A stretch of DNA of 64,000 nucleotides from positions 23,862-87,861 of the forward strand of contig JAOUFI010000004.1 of the NCBI GenBank assembly GCA_029858305.1, read 5' to 3'. The position numbers were made by a program, and so were the translations under genes. Shown piece by piece: positions 57,901 through 64,000 of the stretch; position 1 is the stretch's first letter; each line of letters opens with the position of its first letter. The stretch is from Candidatus Thorarchaeota archaeon (GTDB taxonomy: Archaea; Asgardarchaeota; Thorarchaeia; Thorarchaeales; Thorarchaeaceae). The notes beneath the pieces are model-generated. The model had not been told where the DNA came from. It made no database searches and worked only from the letters and a program-made list of their open reading frames with translations.

Positions 57901-57993
57901 TCCTACTGGTCTCCCCCCTCCCCGGATGTTTTTCGCTACAGGAACTCCTCGAATAAATCGGTCCCTGGTCCCCAGATATATCGCGTATTCTTA

Positions 57994-58001
57994 CTATATA
58001 A
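57994..58001 (-). promoter_or_regulatory. Candidate TATA box for the CARF-GNAT-longin operon
   Basis: TTATATAG on the minus strand, ~175 nt upstream of the regulator ATG. Confidence 0.45.
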
Positions 58002-58127
58002 GCACTTGATGATGCCCTAGAACTGCATATTTACAAGGCAAAAGACGAGTTTCAATAACCAGCTACCTTGAAACTAGTAGCATCTATTGACGATTTTCAT
58101 AATATCAAATAATGCTGCTACCAGAAT

Positions 58128-59801
58128 TCAATATTGCTGACGTACACGTGATATGGCACGTGAAGAGTGGGGTGCTTCAACAGCAAGATTCTCACATTCT
58201 TCACCCACTCGACCAAGCCAAGTAGCGATTTCGTCTTTTGGAGATTGCCAACATTGACTTTCAACATCCCAGAGGCTGAATGGAAACTGCCATTGGCCCC
58301 AGATCCCACTACTGAGAGGTGATACGATAACAGCCCATTTGAGAGAACGAAGGGTGTCCATCAATTGTGTGGAACCTCCTGCAGGAAGATCAGTCATCAT
58401 GAGTAGTTTTCGATTCTCTTCATAACGTAGAAAAGCGTGCGGCAGTTCTCTTGCCCAGGTATCAAGAATAGAAGCAGTGTCTCTATCATTTGCCCGTATT
58501 GCAACACGCTCTACAAGACCAAGATTTTGAACATTCCAAACGCGACGAATCAAATCCTCTGACCTAAGCTTCTTGATGCGAGACGAGAGTTTAGCCTGTC
58601 CAATTGCAAGCCTTTTTCTCAATGCTCTTGAAGATGTGATTCTGTTGTTCACAAGGGCAAGAATTTCCATATCTATAGAATCAAGATACGCATCAGTAGT
58701 CTTTGCAGGCAGGTCGATGCGCTCGACAACGTGATGCAATGATTCTTCTGTAATTTTGTGACCCCAGCCTCTCATCGCTATCCAAGGAATCTCCCACCTT
58801 CTTTTTTCCGTGTTGTAATGATAGAACGAGTTTGATATGCCAACCGAATAAGTTTCCGCAATATCGACAGCTATGCCGTTGTTATTGAGCATCGATGACA
58901 TCTGATCAAGGGATTGGATATTTCCCGTGCAATCTGGGATAGCAAGACGTGCAATTGTCTGCCAAGGACCATTGAGAACTGAACGAACATCATACACGAA
59001 TGGACATCCTTCAAGGATTCTTGAAGGTTCGCTCCGAGAGGGACCAGCGAGCATAACATGAAATGTGCGTATTCCGATTCTTGAAAAGGGAGTAGTTGTG
59101 ACACTCCTCAGTATATACTTCCGTTTGAGTCGATTGATTCGTGTACATACCCAAGATTCGCTTAACCCAGTAGTTTTAGCCACTTGGCGATAGGAGGCGG
59201 TTTCATTTTTCAATAGAACATCGATAATCTTCAGGTCTGCGTTACCGAGCTCAACAACAATGTTCTGAGCCCTTAGAGTTAAGTAATCAACATACTCATT
59301 GAAATCTAGCGATATACCATAACGAGCCATGCTCGCAAATTCATGCACCAGAGAGTCCAATTCAGACTGACCGCCTAAGGCAATAATCCACTCCATCATC
59401 TTGTATGATGTGTAGAGAAGGTTTACGCGTACTCTTTCTGTAGGGATTTTCTGCCACTCTATTATCCAGCTGGTTCTCTCTTCTTTCTTTAGCATCTGTC
59501 TTGCAAACTCAAACGCCATATCGCGTGACGCTTCGAAGCAGAGCTCAGGAGGCATAGAATGGAAGAAACACTCTCTAAAAATCACTCCTCTGAGTGGAAT
59601 CACTTCTGACACAACTTCAGGGTGGAGTTGAAGTTCATCTTTAGTAGAAGAATAGTGACCACCTATTCGTGAAATATCATGGCCATCGATGACTTTGACT
59701 GATTTGGGTACAGGAGGTGCCTGAAGCCCAAAACGCTGCGTTATTATTCTCGAACATTCGCTCCATAAAGCTGAAGTCTGAGATTTAATGTCAGTCATCA
59801 A
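58128..59801 (-). CDS. Multi-domain protein with tandem Lrp/AsnC-like wHTH modules
   Basis: DLKIIDVL...ASYRQVAKTTGLSESWV..RI.RL and LDSIDMEIL...RI.KL, each followed by an F/L..IG/LGL linker and a beta/alpha domain. Confidence 0.78.
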   Translation of the reverse strand: MMTDIKSQTSALWSECSRIITQRFGLQAPPVPKSVKVIDGHDISRIGGHYSSTKDELQLHPEVVSEVIPLRGVIFRECFFHSMPPELCFEASRDMAFEFARQMLKKEERTSWIIEWQKIPTERVRVNLLYTSYKMMEWIIALGGQSELDSLVHEFASMARYGISLDFNEYVDYLTLRAQNIVVELGNADLKIIDVLLKNETASYRQVAKTTGLSESWVCTRINRLKRKYILRSVTTTPFSRIGIRTFHVMLAGPSRSEPSRILEGCPFVYDVRSVLNGPWQTIARLAIPDCTGNIQSLDQMSSMLNNNGIAVDIAETYSVGISNSFYHYNTEKRRWEIPWIAMRGWGHKITEESLHHVVERIDLPAKTTDAYLDSIDMEILALVNNRITSSRALRKRLAIGQAKLSSRIKKLRSEDLIRRVWNVQNLGLVERVAIRANDRDTASILDTWARELPHAFLRYEENRKLLMMTDLPAGGSTQLMDTLRSLKWAVIVSPLSSGIWGQWQFPFSLWDVESQCWQSPKDEIATWLGRVGEECENLAVEAPHSSRAISRVRQQY

Positions 59802-60168
59802 GTATCCTCAATGTAATTTGGACTTAAGGACTTCTTGTTCAAATATATTGCCCCTAGGAGGACACTGGTCTGTGTTTTTAAAATGAGAGTTGCGTTCCAG
59901 AAAGCAATTGTCATTCTTGATGAGCAGTTATCTCGTTATGGTTTGAAAAGATGTACGTCCGATTATTTTTGATAACTATGTACGATCCTCCAGATAATCC
60001 TAATGAACCATGGTAAGGAATACCATAGCTTGTTCGAAGTCGTTTCTACATGACTGTGAATCGCGATGCGGAAGAATGAATAGGAGCATCTCCGGACATT
60101 CTTCTCCATCGCTATATTACATTGATGCTTTTTCACCAATTCAATTTGAATATGTTGACTTTAGTCAC

Positions 60169-61314
60169 TCAAATGAACCGCTCCATGAGTCTATCAATTA
60201 CCAGATCGATGTTCTCACTTGATATACCCTCATCAACTGCAATCTGCAATACTCTGTCCATCTTTCTAATGTCATCCATGTCTTTGAGATGATTGAAAAG
60301 ACCGAGCCTTCTGCCAAGTCTGTAGAGAATCTGCTTTTCAGAATCCATTTCCAAGAATGCGTGGAGGATTGAGAGCATGTGTTTTTTCCCATCAGGAAGT
60401 TTGCCCTCGAGATCAGCAAATAGATTGAGAATGTGATCACTCACAACCATGCTGTTGATTCCCTCGAGGTCTTCGATGAACATTATGAGTTCCTGTGCGA
60501 TATCAATGTCATTGCACTTCACGAATTTGCCGGATTCAAAGTCAGAATATAGTGGGGCTCGGTCTGTCAGTGCAAGAGGTCTCAATCTGATGAAATCAGG
60601 GTCTATCTGATTAAGTGCATCCGCAGACTCCTTTGCATGAACCTCTGAGAGGCGCTTTCCACCAAGACCGGGCATGATATACTCTGACAGCTCTAGATTA
60701 GCACTCTTTATCATGATTCCAGCCTTGATGTGCATCGCTTTTGATGCTCCTTTCTTTGCAATTTTCAGAACCTCATCTGAACCGGACTCGAGCCCAACAT
60801 GGACTCTATTCAATCCTGCATCTTTGAGCTCCTTCAATCCATCCTCGCCCACCTTGAGAATCGTACTTGAGCGAGAATATGTTGTGATACGTTCAATCCA
60901 AGGGAATCTATTCCGAAGATGACTGAGGACGTTTGCCAAGTTCGTGGCACCAATTATGAGAGCATCAGCATCCTGGAGGAACACTGACTGCATCCCATCA
61001 TTAAACCATTTCAATGCGTAATCGAAAGCAACAAGCTCTATTGGTTCGACCTTTTGTGTGAGTGACCAGACCTTGTCAGATGTCACATCAAGAGGAGATG
61101 AAAAGGTCGCACGAATATTCGAGAGATGTTTGTCTAACAAATCAATGTCTGAGAGGATCTCATCGACTGGTCTCACTGAGAATTCCTTGTTTTTGTAAAC
61201 TGGACAAAAAGAACAGCGGTTCCAATGGCAGTTCCGAGTTATTCTAATCAATAGACTTCTAGCTTCGCTTGGTGGACGTATAGGACCAACTTCAAAGGCG
61301 AGAAGTCTACTCAT
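60169..61314 (-). CDS. Radical SAM protein
   Basis: IRPPSEARSLL, CHWNRCSFC (Cx4Cx2C variant), FLQDAD, HVGLESGSD, SDHILN. Confidence 0.88.
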   Translation of the reverse strand: MSRLLAFEVGPIRPPSEARSLLIRITRNCHWNRCSFCPVYKNKEFSVRPVDEILSDIDLLDKHLSNIRATFSSPLDVTSDKVWSLTQKVEPIELVAFDYALKWFNDGMQSVFLQDADALIIGATNLANVLSHLRNRFPWIERITTYSRSSTILKVGEDGLKELKDAGLNRVHVGLESGSDEVLKIAKKGASKAMHIKAGIMIKSANLELSEYIMPGLGGKRLSEVHAKESADALNQIDPDFIRLRPLALTDRAPLYSDFESGKFVKCNDIDIAQELIMFIEDLEGINSMVVSDHILNLFADLEGKLPDGKKHMLSILHAFLEMDSEKQILYRLGRRLGLFNHLKDMDDIRKMDRVLQIAVDEGISSENIDLVIDRLMERFI

Positions 61315-61432
61315 CTGTTTTTCCTCAAGGTTCAGGATTTATGCGGACTACTCAAATGTTACTCCGGAGGAAGTATTCGAAAATGTGGAAACAGTCTATC
61401 CTTCCTCTTGCGTTGTGAGGTTCACACCTATA

Positions 61433-62101
61433 TCATCGCCTTCTCATAAAGATGACCAGAACCACAACTACAGCAATCCCAACAGCTGCTCCGATGTAGA
61501 GAACGGATGCATCTCCACCAGCTACCAACGTGACCTCGCGTAGAGAGTAGTATTCAGGATGGGTTTCATTGAAAAATCCCATACGAAAAGTATGAAGGAC
61601 ACCGTTTACTTTGGAATAGAGCATGGTCTTGAGAGTCGTTCGATTCTCGAAGGAAGTTGTATAGTTATAGCCTACAAGGTCCTGTGTGTTGATTATATCA
61701 GTCTCATTTATCACAGGAGTGTCCAACCAAAAATCAATGAGTAAGTCCCAGTTCCCTATTGGCCTTGCATCCCATGCGATAACAGATGAGAATTCAAATG
61801 ATATTTCTGTTCCATTTAGATAGTAACAATCAAACTGTGGAGCATAAGGAACGTCATCATGATCGATATCATCAGGAATTGTAGGTAGACTTTCTACAAC
61901 TAAATAGTAACGGATGTTCGAGCCACTTTCATATATGTATCCAATACTTTCACTATTGTGTTCGACATACAGATTGTAATCGAATCTTTGATTGGCACTT
62001 ACGCCCCATTCCAGACTCTGATTATTTGCAGCATATACAAGAGAAGTACATAGCCCAATTGATAGTATCAAAGTTAAACTATATAGAAACCATTTGTTCA
62101 T
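61433..62101 (-). CDS. Exported protein with C-terminal membrane anchor
   Basis: Signal peptide, LEWGV motif, several N-x-S/T sequons, terminal TM helix plus RRR. Confidence 0.82.
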   Translation of the reverse strand: MNKWFLYSLTLILSIGLCTSLVYAANNQSLEWGVSANQRFDYNLYVEHNSESIGYIYESGSNIRYYLVVESLPTIPDDIDHDDVPYAPQFDCYYLNGTEISFEFSSVIAWDARPIGNWDLLIDFWLDTPVINETDIINTQDLVGYNYTTSFENRTTLKTMLYSKVNGVLHTFRMGFFNETHPEYYSLREVTLVAGGDASVLYIGAAVGIAVVVVLVIFMRRR

Positions 62102-62179
62102 TTTTCTCCACCCAAGTCGTTCAACAAATTATAGAGAAACCCAAAATCCCCCTCTATTATATTTTTAGGATTAAATCGG

Positions 62180-62499
62180 TAGCTTGTGAACATCGACTCA
62201 TAGGGACTCCAGCAATGTGGCACTATGATATAGTTGGATAATTGGATTATAAGCCCACACTTCACGGTTATAGCTGTATATGTGTACAAAGTTCCAACTG
62301 TACCATCACGAGCAAAAGGGTCGAATACATTCATTCCTTGCTTATCATAATTCTCCAAGACAACGACAACTACATGAGGAATGAATTTTGCAGATTGGCG
62401 ATATAAGCCAAAGGTGCCGTAAGTAGTAGATGGGAGGTTGACCAGCTCCCAAAATACAACTTCCTTTTCCGGACCTAATGAATATTCACTATCAGACAT
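62180..62499 (-). pseudogene. Degraded N4/N6 DNA methyltransferase fragment
   Basis: LYRQSAKFIP (cf. YPAKFIP) and VFDPFARDGT (cf. DPFAGxGT). Similarity appears to continue in a shifted frame after ~62290, and the gene is truncated. The lower boundary is approximate. Confidence 0.6.
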
Positions 62500-62822
62500 T
62501 TCTGCGCAACTTGTTCATATTTCAGATGTGTTCTGCCACACTTAAACTCCCTTACTAGATTATGCTAGGAACACAAGAAATAGAAATTCCACTAGTATGC
62601 TGTCTGGCTGCCAAAAGATTTCATGCGCTCATAGAGGAATGTTCCCATGCTTTTTCGGAGGTCTGTTCTGGCGCTTGCTCTCCAGCATCCCAGACCACAA
62701 CAAATCAGCGATTTTGTTTCTCGTGGAAAAATCACCCTATCAATGTAGCCAAAGACAAATCAGGAAGAGTATCAGAAGCAATTTAACGAAATATAGGGAA
62801 TTATGGAAGGAGGAAGTTAGTT

Positions 62823-64000
62823 GTGGAATATGTTTTACTCAATCGTCTTGGTCTTGGAATAAGCCAATACAAACAACGAATAATCAACGAGCTTCGCACT
62901 CTTCTTCTAAAAGGGCGATTTGAAGAGGTCAAACAGAGATTATCTCAGTTAGCAAACGATAAGGGAACTGAAGAAGCATTCTTCTTGCTACAAGCAGCCG
63001 CAGAAAATGATGCAGAAGGATGGGGAGCAATTCTTGAAACGCTCAATAATCTTTTCAATGTATCCGAAATCTCAGGGATGGATTGCACTCCCAAAGAGTT
63101 CATAGATCAAATCAGTAAGAAAACAACAAGCTGGAAAGAGGTTGAAGATGTAGCTAGAGAAGTTGGTTTGAGCGTGATTATGGCACAAATATCTCACGGA
63201 GATGTATATCTACTTCAACCTGCTAGCATGAAACATCCAAATCTTCTTCCTTGTGCTGCAGAAATTCTTGAGATTAGAGAAAAACAGAATGAAACTATTG
63301 AAATCTCTAGACTATCAAGTGGGGATATCAATCTAACAGGGGTTTTTGGATCAGCACAAGGATTCCAGCTTCTGGTTGAAGCCAAGATTGGACCCATTTT
63401 AAGAGATGAAGAGGCAAAAAAGGCACTGACTCTCTTAAAAAAAGCCAAACTAGTAAAGAAAGATGTAGCAGTTGAAAGTCTTGAAAAGGAAGACTTGAGT
63501 TTACCTAGGGTGCGTGATTACAGCCACCTATTTGCAGGATTTTCGCAAAAGAGGAAGAGCCTTCTCAATGGAGTTGTCAGAACATTGGACACCTCTCCAA
63601 CAGCGGATATAGGTGTCAAGGCGATAAGTGGAATTGGCCATCCAATATGCAAAGCGCCGTTGGAGAATTATGTATTGCGAGGAGGAAATAGTATCATTGA
63701 GGCATTACTTGGTCTTCATTTCTTTGGTTTGGAAGGGATAGAACGCCACATATTGGATTTGCTAGATGGTAATGATGTCAAAATTAAAGCCGCTACTGCA
63801 GGTTGTCTCGAGAGAACTCAATCAACCAGAGTGATCTCGAAACTCCTGAGTCTATTGAAATCAGGAGATCTGGAATCTGAGCAAATTGGGGTAATCGGTC
63901 TTGCTACTATTAATGAACCCAAATCACTAGGACAGTTAATAGAGTTTTTGACCTCGATAAATCCATTTGAGAGAGGAGCATACGTTGAATACATTGCTAA
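62823..64000 (+). CDS. HEAT-repeat-like helical protein, 3'-partial (not in ORF track)
   Basis: GTG 62823 follows GGAGG and the frame stays open to the window end. Late segments ILDLLDGNDVKIKAATAGCL and LLSLLKSGDLESEQIGVIGLATI resemble HEAT repeats. Confidence 0.7.
   Translation, partial: MEYVLLNRLGLGISQYKQRIINELRTLLLKGRFEEVKQRLSQLANDKGTEEAFFLLQAAAENDAEGWGAILETLNNLFNVSEISGMDCTPKEFIDQISKKTTSWKEVEDVAREVGLSVIMAQISHGDVYLLQPASMKHPNLLPCAAEILEIREKQNETIEISRLSSGDINLTGVFGSAQGFQLLVEAKIGPILRDEEAKKALTLLKKAKLVKKDVAVESLEKEDLSLPRVRDYSHLFAGFSQKRKSLLNGVVRTLDTSPTADIGVKAISGIGHPICKAPLENYVLRGGNSIIEALLGLHFFGLEGIERHILDLLDGNDVKIKAATAGCLERTQSTRVISKLLSLLKSGDLESEQIGVIGLATINEPKSLGQLIEFLTSINPFERGAYVEYIA

Noticed and set aside
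60010-60222. 70-aa plus-strand ORF in the gap
   Set aside because: No recognisable motif, and it overlaps the 3' end of the radical SAM gene on the opposite strand.
62562-62786. 74-aa ORF in frame with the downstream HEAT-like gene, suggesting readthrough
   Set aside because: The stop is TAA, the composition is not protein-like, and the downstream gene has its own GGAGG plus GTG start.
389-63448. Numerous 60-160 aa ORFs antisense or out-of-frame within assigned genes
   Set aside because: Shadow ORFs of well-supported genes, with no independent motifs.

Overview
A gene-dense archaeal chromosomal segment. It is most likely from an Asgard archaeon (Thorarchaeia-like), inferred from archaeal-type metabolic genes, TATA-box promoters, a longin-domain protein and multi-wHTH regulators. 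It holds about 55 CDSs. Metabolic genes include glutamine synthetase, panB, a leuB/C/D-family cluster, a biotin carboxyltransferase/BCCP/thiolase-like/DUF35/acyl-CoA dehydrogenase run, and a tupABC-moaA-moaE-moaC-moaB-moeA tungstate/pterin-cofactor operon. The right-hand third looks accessory. No rRNA, tRNA, CRISPR array or transposase was recognised. The main observations are: (1) an 11.5 kb gene for a ~3830-aa single-pass surface protein with 15 tandem ~84-aa repeats, sitting between a thiolase-like gene and its usual DUF35 partner; (2) a P2-like ATPase whose ion-binding residues are rewritten (PINIP instead of PEGLP, with the Ile seen in P4 lipid flippases); (3) a subtilase resembling eukaryotic site-1 protease; (4) a coupled operon of a 28-aa leader ORF, a CARF/Csa3-like regulator, a GNAT and a longin/NPRL2-like protein; (5) a thiolase-fold protein lacking both catalytic cysteines; and (6) several structured intergenic elements. 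All family assignments come from motif recognition by eye, and no database searches were run.
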